Shown: positions 28,012 through 39,065 of the stretch, in pieces | Position numbering within the stretch: the first letter of the stretch is position 1 | How the letters are laid out: each line of letters opens with the position of its first letter | From: an uncultured Ignavibacteriales bacterium | GTDB taxonomy: Bacteria; Zixibacteria; MSB-5A5; GN15; FEB-12 | NCBI GenBank assembly: GCA_964396245.1 | Contig: CAYNEO010000011.1 | Location: 410-64,409, forward strand | DNA length: 64,000 nt | Reading direction: 5' to 3' | Position numbers and translations under genes: made by a program | Notes under the pieces: generated by a model | What the model was told of the DNA's origin: nothing | Seen by the model: only the letters and a program-made list of their open reading frames with translations | The model's database searches: none

Positions 28012-29268
28012 CTACTCTATATTCGTCATGTCTTCCGCTATCGTTATCAAAAGGGCGTTATTCAAGACCCGGTGGTTCGGGTAGTCGCTTGAGCCCGCGA
28101 TAGCGTACCCGGTTTCAATAGGAATCATGGCCATTCCGTAGCCAGGCGCATGGGTGCTGTCACTCCACATGAACGTACCATCGCCGGCAAGCTTGGCGAT
28201 CCGGATGTCGTTTCCCGTCGCATGCTGACCGCAGATCATCAGCGCGCCCTGAGCATCCTCGAGTATGCAGCGACCTTCTCTGATACCGGATTCACTGTAC
28301 GTTTTTTCCCAGAGCAGTTGGCCGCCGGAGCTGGCTCTCATGACATAGAGAACTCCGTTGAGCGGTGAAGGGGACTCTTTCGGGATTGACCTTCCGACGG
28401 CGATAATGTCACCGTTCGCTGCCTGCACGGCTGAGTAGAGTATCTGCAGGGCTGCCGAGTCAGCAGCAAGGCATTCCCAACCCGGGTTTCCGGAACCGTC
28501 GATTTGCATCAGATAGGGGTCTCCGCCGATCGCATCGGGTTTCATCGTATACCCGGCCAGGACAAAGCCGTCATCGGATGTTGCCACAACCGAGTAAGCA
28601 TAGTTCACCCCCGGCCTCTCGTAAGCTCTTTGCCAGACCACATCGCCATCGAGGTCGGTCCTTACGGCGTAGAAGTCTCCCTCGACTTCGGTTTTCGCCT
28701 GATATCCGGCAATAAGGTAACCGTCGGATAGCACCGCCAATGCTCTCCCCCACTCGGTGTAGAGAGAATCCCCGTATGGTTTCTCCCATAGTACAGCCCC
28801 TTCGAGATCGGTCTTGACCAGGTAAAAGTTATAGTCGTCGATAGGCTTACCGGAATTTGGATCGATCTTCTGGCCTGTCCGCAGCTCGAACGATTCGGAT
28901 ACGCCAGCGACTATGATATTACCGTCGGGACTGAGCGCAACGGCCTGGCCGTTGTCATCGCCCCAACCGCCGAACCATTTGAACCAGATCATCTCGCCGG
29001 TCGGACCGGTGCGAACCAGATACGCGGTGTTGTCTCCATACCCCCGGGAGGTTGTTGATCCGGCTATCAAGTATCCGTTGTCGGGACCTCGCGCCAGCGC
29101 CGCCCCCCAGTCGTACCCGTCCTCTCCATACGCCTGCATCATGGTCAGATTGATGTAATTGATCGGAGGGGTGTTGGGTATGGCATTGTGGGAGTAATCA
29201 TCGCATCCGACGAGGATAATCAATAGCAGGGGCGCTAAGATGCCTGATAACAGCTTGCTCATCACCAT
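28012..29268 (-). CDS. beta-propeller lipoprotein
   Basis: lipobox LVGC; repeated YLxxTDxxG.xxW blades. Confidence 0.8.
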   Translation of the reverse strand: MVMSKLLSGILAPLLLIILVGCDDYSHNAIPNTPPINYINLTMMQAYGEDGYDWGAALARGPDNGYLIAGSTTSRGYGDNTAYLVRTGPTGEMIWFKWFGGWGDDNGQAVALSPDGNIIVAGVSESFELRTGQKIDPNSGKPIDDYNFYLVKTDLEGAVLWEKPYGDSLYTEWGRALAVLSDGYLIAGYQAKTEVEGDFYAVRTDLDGDVVWQRAYERPGVNYAYSVVATSDDGFVLAGYTMKPDAIGGDPYLMQIDGSGNPGWECLAADSAALQILYSAVQAANGDIIAVGRSIPKESPSPLNGVLYVMRASSGGQLLWEKTYSESGIREGRCILEDAQGALMICGQHATGNDIRIAKLAGDGTFMWSDSTHAPGYGMAMIPIETGYAIAGSSDYPNHRVLNNALLITIAEDMTNIE

Positions 29269-29390
29269 ATCTCGTAATGTGGCCAGGAATGTCTAGTTCT
29301 TTTTCGTTTTTGTAATCATAAATGTTTCAATCAATTTTCGCTACTGAATGATTTTGGGATTGGGGCTGTCCGGCCATATTCAGTATCTGC

Positions 29391-29419
29391 TTGATTTTCG
29401 ACGTATAAGAGCTTACTTT
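29391..29419 (+). promoter_or_regulatory. sigma70-type promoter of the M16 pair
   Basis: TTGATT-17 nt-TACTTT. Confidence 0.45.
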
Positions 29420-29498
29420 TGTTCACTGGTCAGACAATGAGGACTTCGCCATCTTGGATACATAATCACTTAAATTTACAACTTGGAGGGAGCGGCTG

Positions 29499-31283
29499 AT
29501 GAACAGGCGCTACATGTGTATGGTACTGGTTTGTGTGGTAGTTGTGCTGGCCACGGCGTTTTCGGCTACCGCGCAAAACATCGACGTCAAGGAATATTGG
29601 CTTGACAACGGGATGCAGGTCCTGATGGTCGAGCGGCACGAAGCTCCGACTATCATGGCTTCAGTTATTGCCAAGGTCGGCTCGGCCAACGAAACCACCG
29701 GCATTACCGGGATTTCTCACCTGTTTGAGCATATGATGTTCAAGGGGACTGAGAAGATCGGGACCAAGGATATCAAGCGGGATCGCGAGATCATGGCCCG
29801 GCTCGATTCGCTCAGGGAGTTGATGCGGGTCGAGGAGCGTGTGATGCGCGAGGACCTCCGCCGCGGCAAGATCACCGATATGCTCGACCCGGAGGCCAAA
29901 ACCCCGCGCTATCGCGAGCTCGAATCTGTCTTTGACAGCCTCATCCTCGAGCAACGGGAATTGATCATCAAGGATCAGCTCGACGAGCTCTACAGCAAGA
30001 ACGGCGGATTCTTCCTTAATGCCTTCACATCCAATGACATGACGGCATACTTTGTCCGGCTGCCGAAAAACAAGATCGAGCTGTATATGTGGCTCGAGTC
30101 GGACAGATTCGCAGACCCCGTATTTCGTGAATTCTACTCCGAGCGGAACGTCGTGCGCGAAGAGCGCCGGCTTGGCACGGAGTCGACGCCGACCGGCTTG
30201 ATTGAAGAAGACTTTAACGCGATGTTCTGGAAATCATCGTCGTACCACTGGGATGTCATCGGCTGGCCGTCTGACCTGGGCAGTATCACCCGGGAGCAGG
30301 CCAACAACTACTACAAGACGTACTATGCCCCGAACAACCTGGTCATGATGCTGGTCGGGGATTTTGTTGCGGATGATATGATCAAAATGGTCAAAAAGTA
30401 TTTTGAACGCATACCACCCGGAAAGACCAAACCGCCTGACGTAGTGACTCTCGAAGAGAAACAATACGGCGAAAAACGATTAATCGCCGAGGCCGAGACC
30501 AGTCCGGAGACGGAAGTCTGGTACCACACCGTAGCCTGGAAGCATTCGGACAGCTACCCCCTCGAAGTTCTGGCCGGTATTCTAAACGGTAAGACTGGCC
30601 GCCTGTACAAGAAGCTTGTTGAAGAAAAGGGTTTGGCGAAGAGTTCCGGCCGCGGCGGACGACGCATGTGGGGCGGTGGCGGACTGGAGGTTCGTGCCGG
30701 TCAGGATTCCAGAAAGTATGCCGGGGCGTTCCAGATTTCAGCTACGGGCCTGTCCGGCATCAAGGCCGAGCAACTGGAGACAGCAATCTACGAGGTTGTC
30801 GAGGACCTGAAGGCCAACCCGGTGCCGGAAGAGGAACTCCAGAAGGTCAAAAATCAGCTTCGGGTGCAGACGATTCGCTCGATGGACATGATGTCGGGCA
30901 TCGGCATCCTGTTCTATCTCGGGGGACATGCCGCCCTGGGTGACTGGACCGAGGCGAACAATGCCCCGAAGATGTGGGATCAGGTCACAGCCGAGGATAT
31001 TCAGCGTGTGGCCAACACGTACTTCGCGAAGGATCAGCGCAACGTGTTGATTATCAACACGAAGGGCGGCGGCGAGGAGGGCGGCGGAGCCGACCCGCAG
31101 TTTGCCCAGATGGTCCAGAGGATCAAGGCAATAGACGACGCTGCACGGTTGGAGCAGATGATCGGGATGTTTTCCGCCGGAATGGACCAGGTTCAGGATC
31201 CCGAGCAGAAGGAGCAGATGGAGAAATTGCTGAAGATAGCCAACGACCACTTGAAAGAGCTCAAAGCCGCCCAGGAGCTGTGA
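29499..31283 (+). CDS. M16B peptidase, catalytic subunit
   Basis: HLFEHMMF (HxxEH), NAFTS, VREERR; signal peptide. Confidence 0.93.
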   Translation: MNRRYMCMVLVCVVVVLATAFSATAQNIDVKEYWLDNGMQVLMVERHEAPTIMASVIAKVGSANETTGITGISHLFEHMMFKGTEKIGTKDIKRDREIMARLDSLRELMRVEERVMREDLRRGKITDMLDPEAKTPRYRELESVFDSLILEQRELIIKDQLDELYSKNGGFFLNAFTSNDMTAYFVRLPKNKIELYMWLESDRFADPVFREFYSERNVVREERRLGTESTPTGLIEEDFNAMFWKSSSYHWDVIGWPSDLGSITREQANNYYKTYYAPNNLVMMLVGDFVADDMIKMVKKYFERIPPGKTKPPDVVTLEEKQYGEKRLIAEAETSPETEVWYHTVAWKHSDSYPLEVLAGILNGKTGRLYKKLVEEKGLAKSSGRGGRRMWGGGGLEVRAGQDSRKYAGAFQISATGLSGIKAEQLETAIYEVVEDLKANPVPEEELQKVKNQLRVQTIRSMDMMSGIGILFYLGGHAALGDWTEANNAPKMWDQVTAEDIQRVANTYFAKDQRNVLIINTKGGGEEGGGADPQFAQMVQRIKAIDDAARLEQMIGMFSAGMDQVQDPEQKEQMEKLLKIANDHLKELKAAQEL

Positions 31284-31308
31284 GTCTAACACCAGAGGAG
31301 AATAGAAC

Positions 31309-32817
31309 ATGAATAGATTATCCTTTTCGTCGTTCCGGCGGTCGGTGGCTCTCATGCTGTTTGCAACCCTGACTGCCCTGTTGCTTTCCGCCGCAGTCAT
31401 GGCGGGAGATGGCGTTGTTGACCATCCCGATCAACTGAAATTCAAAAAGCTTGAATACCAGCCGCCCATGCCGGACAGTTACCGGCATACGTTGAAATGC
31501 GGCGCCACCGCCTATGTGGCTGAGAACGCGGAGGTGCCGACGTTCGAAATGACCATACTGATCCGTACCGGGGCGATCTATGATCCGGTAGAAAAGGCCG
31601 GACTCGCCAATTTCGCCGGCTATCTTATGCGCAACGGCGGCATCGAGGGAATGACAGCCAAGGAACTCGACGAGCGTCTCGCCTACCTGGCCGGGGACAT
31701 ATCAGTGAATATCAGAGCCTCTCAGGGAACGGCCAGTCTCTTCTGCCTCTCCAAGGATATTGATGAGGGACTTGGCCTCTTGATGAAAGTACTTCGGACA
31801 CCGGTCTTCGATCAGGAAGCGCTCGACCGATATCGCACCGACGTCCTGTCGGAACTGGAACAGCGAAATGCATCGACCGGCGCGATTGAATCACAGGAAT
31901 GGGACTTTCTCATGTACGGCGATCACCCGAGCACTATTCCCCGCAGGCGTACAGAACAATCGGTCAATGCCATCACCCGGGACGACCTGGTCGCGTTTCA
32001 TGACAAGTACTTCTTCCCGAAGAATTTCATCTTTGCCGTATCCGGGGATTTCAAGGCCGATGAGATCCTGGCAAAGCTGGATGCGTTGCTTGAAGGATGG
32101 CCGAGTCATAATCTGGACCTGCCGGTCATTTCCGATCAAATTCCGGATCCGAAGCCGGGCGTGTACATGATCAAGAAAGAGGATGTGAATCAGTCGCGAA
32201 TAAGCATCGGCCACCTCGGCGTGAAGCGGGATATCCCCGATCAGTATGCGCTGGTAGTCATGAATGATATTCTCGGAGGCGGCGGGTTTACCTCGAGGAT
32301 CACGCGCCGGGTGCGCTCGGACGAAGGCCTGGCATACCATGCCTCGAGCGGCTTCGACCGCCCGGTGTTGTATCCCGGCACGTTCCAGGCATCATTTCAG
32401 ACCAAGCACGCTACGGCGGCATTCGGCACGCGACTCATTATCGATGAGATCAACCGTATCCGGGATGAGAAGTGCGATGCGGAGACGGTTGAAAACTCCA
32501 AGGCGAACTTTATCGCCAACGTGGTCAATCCGTTCAGCAACAAGAACCAGATTGTCAATACGTTCGCCGAAGATGACTACGACGGCCGACCGGACGACTA
32601 CTGGCAAAACTATGTCAAGAAGATGGAGGCGGTGACGCCGGACGATGTCATGGCCGTGGCGCAGAAATACCTGCATCCGGATAAACTGGTAATTCTCGTG
32701 GTCGGCGATCCGGACGCGGTTGAAGAAGGATCGGACAAGCATGAAGAACACTTCTCCGATTTCGGCGACGTTACGATACTCCCCCTTCGCGACCCGATGA
32801 CGCTGGAAACCAGGTAG
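31309..32817 (+). CDS. M16B peptidase, non-catalytic partner subunit
   Basis: no HxxEH; SRITRRVRSDEGLAY R/Y motif; signal peptide. Confidence 0.9.
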   Translation: MNRLSFSSFRRSVALMLFATLTALLLSAAVMAGDGVVDHPDQLKFKKLEYQPPMPDSYRHTLKCGATAYVAENAEVPTFEMTILIRTGAIYDPVEKAGLANFAGYLMRNGGIEGMTAKELDERLAYLAGDISVNIRASQGTASLFCLSKDIDEGLGLLMKVLRTPVFDQEALDRYRTDVLSELEQRNASTGAIESQEWDFLMYGDHPSTIPRRRTEQSVNAITRDDLVAFHDKYFFPKNFIFAVSGDFKADEILAKLDALLEGWPSHNLDLPVISDQIPDPKPGVYMIKKEDVNQSRISIGHLGVKRDIPDQYALVVMNDILGGGGFTSRITRRVRSDEGLAYHASSGFDRPVLYPGTFQASFQTKHATAAFGTRLIIDEINRIRDEKCDAETVENSKANFIANVVNPFSNKNQIVNTFAEDDYDGRPDDYWQNYVKKMEAVTPDDVMAVAQKYLHPDKLVILVVGDPDAVEEGSDKHEEHFSDFGDVTILPLRDPMTLETR

Positions 32818-32853
32818 CGAACACAGGACTTTTCGTTCAGCTCTGATAGTCTG

Positions 32854-32887
32854 CAGCCCTCGACACGAGTCGGGGGCTGTCTTTGTA
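32854..32887 (+). terminator. probable intrinsic terminator
   Basis: cagccctcgac-acga-gtcgggggctg stem (one G-U) then tctttgt. Confidence 0.55.
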
Positions 32888-33043
32888 TCGGTAGTGGAGG
32901 CCGTCACATTTCGATCATGACCAAGTCCGCGCGGTTGTTCTTGCATCAGACTATGGCACAGGCGATATTTGTACGGGCACGATTCAGGGGCTGATAGCAT
33001 ACAGCTGATTGATTATTCCCCATCGGTGCGAATGGAGGAAGCG

Positions 33044-34279
33044 ATGAGTGAAGAGAAAAAGAGTCTCACGCGGCGAAAATTCCTGGCCACATCGCTGGGG
33101 TGCCTGGCGACGGCGGGTTTTGTCGGTGCCGAGAGGGCTGTGTCTCAAGCCGACAAGGAGCCGGTCGGAGAACACGGGCCGAGAATGCCGTCGGGCGGCC
33201 CAATCACACGCGTCCTGGGCCGGACCGGCATAAGTCTTCCGATAGTCAACTCGGGTGTCGGGGCGAATCTCGACCCGGGGCTGATTCGGGCCAGCGTGGA
33301 GACCGGCATACGCCTCTTCGACACCGATCCGGGGTATCGAAACGGCCGTCATGAGGAGCTTTTGGGGCGGGTGTTCAGTCGTGGCGGCCTCCGCCAGAGA
33401 GTATATATCATCACCAAGGTCGCTACCAGGGAAGAGCGGGCGGGTCTGTCGGACCGGGAAGTACGGAATCTCATGCGTAAGACGTTCGAGGGTTCGCTCA
33501 AGAGGCTGAAAACCGATTATGTCGATATCCTCATGATTTCCGATATCCGTGATTCCCGGACGGTCACTCATGAGGCGATGCTGGGAGCCCTGACCGAGCT
33601 GAAGAAGCAGGGCAAGACTCGATTTATTGGAATTGCGACACATTCGCGCATGGCAACCGTCATCAACGCCATGGTTAAGGCGGCGGTATACGATGTCGTC
33701 CTGACCAGCATCAATTTCACGATGGCCGATGACTCCGCCTTACTGAAGGCAATCGACCGGGCAGCCGCGGACGGCATCGGCGTGATCGCGATGAAGACAC
33801 AGGCCGGCGGATATGCTTTCCCGAACCCGGATACACTCCGCGCATACAGCAACAGGGTGGTGAATGCCGCGGCCCTGAAGTGGGTCTGTAATAACGAGCG
33901 TATTACGACGTCGGTCCCCGGCACCAACAATTACGCACACATGCGCGATAATTTTGCGATAGCCTCCAACCCCGATTATAGCGAAGAGGAGTGGCGGTTC
34001 CTTTCCGATAACCGAATCAAGCTCGGCATGGAGTTCTGCCGTCAGTGCCGACAATGTGTTGCCGCCTGCCCTCTCAAAGCAGATATCCCGGCACTCATGC
34101 GCACGCACATGTATGTCAAGCAGTATGCCGACTTCGAACTCGCCCGTCGCGCGATCGACTCGATCAGTCCCGACCGGGGACTTGCGCTGTGTGTGTCATG
34201 CGGTGAGTGCCGGGCTGAATGCGCCAATTCGGTGAATATCGGGCGGAAGATAGAGGAATTGAAACTGATCTACGCCTGA
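33044..34279 (+). CDS. aldo/keto reductase with Tat-like leader and C-terminal 4Fe-4S dicluster
   Basis: TRRKFL; RVLGRTG, FDTDPGY, ITK; CRQCRQCVAACP and CVSCGECRAEC. Confidence 0.9.
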   Translation: MSEEKKSLTRRKFLATSLGCLATAGFVGAERAVSQADKEPVGEHGPRMPSGGPITRVLGRTGISLPIVNSGVGANLDPGLIRASVETGIRLFDTDPGYRNGRHEELLGRVFSRGGLRQRVYIITKVATREERAGLSDREVRNLMRKTFEGSLKRLKTDYVDILMISDIRDSRTVTHEAMLGALTELKKQGKTRFIGIATHSRMATVINAMVKAAVYDVVLTSINFTMADDSALLKAIDRAAADGIGVIAMKTQAGGYAFPNPDTLRAYSNRVVNAAALKWVCNNERITTSVPGTNNYAHMRDNFAIASNPDYSEEEWRFLSDNRIKLGMEFCRQCRQCVAACPLKADIPALMRTHMYVKQYADFELARRAIDSISPDRGLALCVSCGECRAECANSVNIGRKIEELKLIYA

Positions 34280-34333
34280 GTTCCCCGGACTTTGATTGAC
34301 CCACCCGAAGCGCCCACGAGAGCCGGACTCTCA

Positions 34334-34981
34334 TTACAGCAAAATCATGATCGATCTGAAGAGAAAGTACAGTCCGAGCACTACCAGGGCGACCGCCATG
34401 CCCAGCTTGATTCGGTGCATCCATTTCTCGGATAAGAATCGCCGCGCTCTCTTCAGGATACCGGAGAGGGTCATGAGATATGATCCAATTCCTGCGGCGC
34501 CGGCGAAAAGAAATACAAGTGAATGGCCGACACTGAATTTAGAGACAATGTGGATGTCCACAATGATCCGGGAGCCGGCAAGCCACCAGAATACCATCAT
34601 GGGATTCGTGACTGCCAGCGAATAGCCGGTCACAAAGGACACGGAGAGTTTGCCCGTTGTCTCGCTCGTATTGTTGAACTCGGTTCCGTCGGTTTCGGAG
34701 ATTCGCCTGAATGTTATGACGGCCAGAACGGCAAGGACCGCGGTGCCGGCAAGCCAGAAAGAAAGCTTGACGGCGGTATATCGGAAAAATGGGGCGAGAC
34801 CGAAAAGAGCGATAGCGCCATACGACGTATCCGAGAGCACGGAACCGAGGACAACCATGTGGGCGGCCCGCAATTTCTGATCGAAGGCTCGCTTGGCAAT
34901 TTCTATCTGGGTGGCGCCGGGTGGAATGGCGGTCAAGAACCCCATTACATAGGCGACGATGGCAAGCAGAAAGTAACTCAT
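34334..34981 (-). CDS. LysE/RhtB family translocator
   Basis: AIPPGATQI, GYSLAVTNP; about 6 TM. Confidence 0.85.
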   Translation of the reverse strand: MSYFLLAIVAYVMGFLTAIPPGATQIEIAKRAFDQKLRAAHMVVLGSVLSDTSYGAIALFGLAPFFRYTAVKLSFWLAGTAVLAVLAVITFRRISETDGTEFNNTSETTGKLSVSFVTGYSLAVTNPMMVFWWLAGSRIIVDIHIVSKFSVGHSLVFLFAGAAGIGSYLMTLSGILKRARRFLSEKWMHRIKLGMAVALVVLGLYFLFRSIMILL

Positions 34982-35005
34982 GTTCGATGGTGGTGCCGAC
35001 GCAGG

Positions 35006-36343
35006 TTAACGATAGAATCTCCACTGATTCAGGAACTGCTGAGTCGAGTCGGCGGTCCGATGTGCCGCCAGGTACTGACCGGCCTCGTCGGCGATGTTTC
35101 GGATTTCCAGGTCCTCAAAACACCGCACGGTCCGGCAGGTCTTGGCTTTCTTGTTGATACAGGTAATGTTTCGGCACGGGCTCCGCGCGATATAGACCCG
35201 GGACGGAGCGTCCTGGTTGGCGGGGTAAAACCCTTCTCGCTCAGAATCATAGCCGTATATCCTCGGCGGCGAGGCGCCGAAGATGGTAAAGACGGCCGTT
35301 CGATTTCGATACTCTATGGTCGGATCGCTCGAGAATTTCCGGGCGGCGGCGATATGTGTCGGTCCGGTATCCGGCGTAATGAACAGGTCGCAGAGATCAA
35401 TCAGGGCTGCATACGTATCGATCGAGAGATAGGCCGGAACCGTTACCACGCGACGCCGCTCGGCGGTGGTCAGCTTGTCGAGCAATTTCACCTCTATGCG
35501 TTTTTCCGTGTGCCCGGCGCCGAGCAGGACCGGGTGCGGAAGTTTTGTCAGGGACCTGAGGAGATCCACCTGCATGTCAAAGGGCACCCGGCTGAAGCGC
35601 GACGAAGCATCGGGGTTGTACAGAATGATCCGTTCTTCCGGAGTCAGTCCGAGTGAGTGAAGGAAAGCGGCCGCGTTCTCCGACGCTTCCGGGGCAAGTA
35701 TGACCGTTGCCCCGGTGAAGGTGCGGGGCCGTCCGGCGCCAAGTATGGACGCGAAAGTGTCATGAACGAGACGGTGCGCCAGATGAACGACATGGTAGAT
35801 TTCGGACGGATTCGGCGAATTACTGGCGAGGTTCCTTCCGAGCAACATGTAGTCGATCATCGTCTCGCCGTTTCTTGCTATGTGCCGGCGTGAAAAGTAG
35901 GGACAGAAGGAAAGGATCACGTCATAATGATTGTATTTTGTCACGCGCTTCAGGCGCCGAACTTCGGCGTCGGACGGATACGGAGTATTGGCAAATATCG
36001 GGAGTAACCGCGAGATTTCCGGATCATCGACAACGAGCGGCGTTGCGTACCGGGATACGGCGTAGTCTATCCGTGCCTCGGGGAAAAAATCGCGAAGGGC
36101 GTGTATGCTCGATTTGATCGTGACGGCGTCCCCGATATTCAGATCGGCAATGACCAGGAATCGGTCAAAGCTCCGTCTCGCTGCCAGTTGCTTTCGAATG
36201 CGCCGGGCGTCTCGACCAATGGCCCGGTCGCTGCCCATGGTGTGGCGGGAGAGGCAGTTGAGGCAGGCCGCTCCGAATTTCGGAGAAATATCAGTCACCG
36301 CACTAAAAGCGCTGAAGAGTTTTCGGCTCAGTCTCTCATTCAT
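35006..36343 (-). CDS. glycosyltransferase family 9 (heptosyltransferase-like)
   Basis: NIGDAV, FITPDTGPTHIAAA, FTIFG. Confidence 0.88.
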   Translation of the reverse strand: MNERLSRKLFSAFSAVTDISPKFGAACLNCLSRHTMGSDRAIGRDARRIRKQLAARRSFDRFLVIADLNIGDAVTIKSSIHALRDFFPEARIDYAVSRYATPLVVDDPEISRLLPIFANTPYPSDAEVRRLKRVTKYNHYDVILSFCPYFSRRHIARNGETMIDYMLLGRNLASNSPNPSEIYHVVHLAHRLVHDTFASILGAGRPRTFTGATVILAPEASENAAAFLHSLGLTPEERIILYNPDASSRFSRVPFDMQVDLLRSLTKLPHPVLLGAGHTEKRIEVKLLDKLTTAERRRVVTVPAYLSIDTYAALIDLCDLFITPDTGPTHIAAARKFSSDPTIEYRNRTAVFTIFGASPPRIYGYDSEREGFYPANQDAPSRVYIARSPCRNITCINKKAKTCRTVRCFEDLEIRNIADEAGQYLAAHRTADSTQQFLNQWRFYR

Positions 36344-36712
36344 TTGTGGCTCCCGACGATTCCTGAGCCAACTGCAGCACCCGTAATTTCATAAAAAGCC
36401 CCTTCATAATCCAGGTCAGGGTCATGTATCGGCGGCAATATGGGGAAATTCGCTTGGTGATATTGGGTTGAAGGCGGAGCTCGATGGCAAGTCCCTGGGT
36501 GACATTTAGTTCCGCCCGTCTGACGGGTGCCCTGCTGCTGTGCCGTGCATGCCACACGTGACTGCGAGGACAGCCGACGATTGTAGTAGGCTCTGGTGAT
36601 CGTTCCCACATTGGGTCACCGATCAGATACTCATTATGTTTCTAAGAACAACAGCTACTTGCCATAGGTTTCCCCCGGATGAGACCGGCGGCCGGAGACA
36701 GGGGAAAAGTGG

Positions 36713-36741
36713 TTGCGGTTGACCATCTTATGCGTTAATAT
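36713..36741 (+). promoter_or_regulatory. possible sigma70-type promoter of the kinase/TSUP operon
   Basis: TTGCGG-17 nt-TAATAT. Confidence 0.35.
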
Positions 36742-36934
36742 AGGGGCAGCCTGTTCACTTTGCCGGAGGGCATTGGAGTCGACTTGAGACGTGGCTGAGT
36801 TGAGCGGGGTTACCAGAGCTTCCTGGTTAGCTGTTCTTTGCGGAAGCGGTTGACGCAGGTGTCGGGCTTCCGGTTGCTTCGATCACGGTCCTCACGCAAA
36901 GGGCGGGGTGTATGGTCTAGAGGATGGTATAGCA

Positions 36935-38476
36935 ATGGTCGACCAGGTCGACAATTCGGGTGAGGACGAAAGTTCAGGCTCGACTCGGTTCACGGAAGAG
37001 CAGGCGCGGGAGGCTCAGGCAGCTCTTACCCACCGGCCGAGGATCAGCATCAGGCTGCGCATAGCGGCCGGGTTTCTCGTCACCTTCGTATTCACGTGCG
37101 GCATCACTGTCGCCGCCATGGTATTCATCTCCAACATCGCGGACCGTCAGCGACTGCTCGAAAGCGCCGGCAATTTCGAGTTTGAGATACAGCAAGCCCG
37201 GCGCTTCGAAAAGAACTGGTTCCTCTACGGCACCAATCTCTACGATGCGTTGACGAATGCCCAGAACGCAGAGAAATTGCTGGACAATTCCCAGGATGAG
37301 ATGCGTCGGGTTATCGGCGATGAGTCGTATGAGGCCATGAAGTACAACCTGGTCCAGTACCGGGAGACACTGGAAAAACTCGGCGCTCTTGGAGATGCGG
37401 CGGACTCATCATCCGGAAGCCGGCGACTGGAACTGGAATCCGAGCTTCGACACTTCGGCGCCGAGATTGTCACCGCAGCATCGAATGTTGTCGACCAGGA
37501 ACGGCTTCGTATTCGCACGTGGCTGAAAACATCGATGGTCATCGCGGTGGCCGCCCTCGTCGTCATCCTCATTTTCGTGGCCATCATTGCCGCGTTCATC
37601 ACCCGGCAGATTATCCGGCCGTTCGGGCGTTTCGAGAGTTACACGCACCGTATTGCGGACGGTGACTTTTCGTTGATCACACCGGCCCGAAAATACCGCG
37701 ACGAATTCACCAACCTTGCTATCGCGCTGAATCACATGCTGATCGAGCTCAAACGGCACGAGGACCAGCTCATCCAATCAAGAAAAATGGCCGCTATCGG
37801 TAACCTCACCGCGGGCATCGCCCACGAGTTGAACAATCCACTGAACAATATCAGCCTCACGACCGAGGCGCTGATAGACGAATTCGATGACTGGGACAAG
37901 GACGATAAGCTGAGGATGCTGAACACGATTGCCGCGCAGGTCGAGCGCGCCGGCACAACGGTGGCTAACCTGCTGGATTTCACGCGGCGGGATGAATCCT
38001 CATTCGAGGAAATTTCGGTGAATGACATCCTCAATCGAACGGTTGCGTTGATCGGCAACGAGATCAGCCTGAACAACATTCAGTTGAAACTCGACCTGGC
38101 CGACAACCTGCCCCGATTGATGGGCAATGTCCACAATCTTCAGCAGGTCTTTCTGAATCTGTTCCTGAATGCTATTCAGGCTATGCCGGATGGCGGCAGT
38201 CTGACGGTGAAGAGTTGTGTAGATGACGGGCAGATTCGAATCGATGTCGCGGACAGCGGTGTCGGCATCCCTCCGGAGAATCTGGATAAGGTCTTCGATC
38301 CGTTTTTTACGACCAAGGAAGTCGGCAAGGGTACCGGGCTGGGATTGTCGGTGAGCTATGGCATCATCAGGAAGCACCACGGCCAGGTAATAGTAGCGAG
38401 TGAAGTAGGCAAAGGAACGACATTCACCATCACATTACCCGTATCCAACGGCGTTATCGCCGGTGAGAGACGGTGA
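36935..38476 (+). CDS. membrane HAMP sensor histidine kinase
   Basis: 2 [13 protein letters not shown] periplasmic motif, [33 protein letters not shown]. Confidence 0.93.
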   Translation: MVDQVDNSGEDESSGSTRFTEEQAREAQAALTHRPRISIRLRIAAGFLVTFVFTCGITVAAMVFISNIADRQRLLESAGNFEFEIQQARRFEKNWFLYGTNLYDALTNAQNAEKLLDNSQDEMRRVIGDESYEAMKYNLVQYRETLEKLGALGDAADSSSGSRRLELESELRHFGAEIVTAASNVVDQERLRIRTWLKTSMVIAVAALVVILIFVAIIAAFITRQIIRPFGRFESYTHRIADGDFSLITPARKYRDEFTNLAIALNHMLIELKRHEDQLIQSRKMAAIGNLTAGIAHELNNPLNNISLTTEALIDEFDDWDKDDKLRMLNTIAAQVERAGTTVANLLDFTRRDESSFEEISVNDILNRTVALIGNEISLNNIQLKLDLADNLPRLMGNVHNLQQVFLNLFLNAIQAMPDGGSLTVKSCVDDGQIRIDVADSGVGIPPENLDKVFDPFFTTKEVGKGTGLGLSVSYGIIRKHHGQVIVASEVGKGTTFTITLPVSNGVIAGERR

Positions 38477-38597
38477 TTTGTAGTCTGAGTGAACCGATCG
38501 AGGAATACTGAGAATGTCAGAGTATCATGATATTTTTTGTTCGGAGAGACAAGTCCGGTGACCGTGATTTGGTGAGCGACTATGAAAGGAGAAACTC

Positions 38598-38987
38598 GTG
38601 AGCCAGGAGGTTGAGGTTCTGATTCTGGATGACGAACCGGTCGTCGTTGAACGGCTTCAGGAATATTTGCGGAAAAAAGGATTGTCGGTCGAAGCATTTA
38701 CCGCCTCGTCGGATGCGCTCGACAGGCTGAAGGAAAAGACATTCGATGTTATCGTGACGGATATCAAGATGGAGGGCCCGAGCGGGATCGACGTTCTGTC
38801 GGCCGTGAAACGAGAGGCGTCGGCGTCCGAAGTGATACTGATAACCGGCTATGCTTCATTCGAGACGCTGCGGGAAGCGCAGGCGGTCGGGGCGTACGAT
38901 TACATCTGCAAGCCGTTCAAAGTCGACGAAGTGTACCGGAAGATAACCAAGGCGGCGGCAAAGGCCCGAAAGCAGGCGAAGTCGTGA
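38598..38987 (+). CDS. single-domain response regulator
   Basis: LDDE, VTDIKM, ITGY, KPF; GTG start after AGGAG. Confidence 0.92.
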   Translation: MSQEVEVLILDDEPVVVERLQEYLRKKGLSVEAFTASSDALDRLKEKTFDVIVTDIKMEGPSGIDVLSAVKREASASEVILITGYASFETLREAQAVGAYDYICKPFKVDEVYRKITKAAAKARKQAKS

Positions 38988-39065
38988 TAACTCGATCATG
39001 CCCGGTTGATTGGCGGGTGTAATGATCGTGACCGCTGCAGTTATGGCAGACTTTTTGTCGGAGTT

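Noticed and set aside
34523-35656. 377-aa plus-strand ORF
   Set aside because: Antisense to the well-supported LysE and GT9 genes; no motifs
36803-36814. AGCGGGGTTACC, like the 3' end of a c-di-GMP-I riboswitch
   Set aside because: Upstream GGCAAAC / GAAA / GACGCAAAGCC elements are missing
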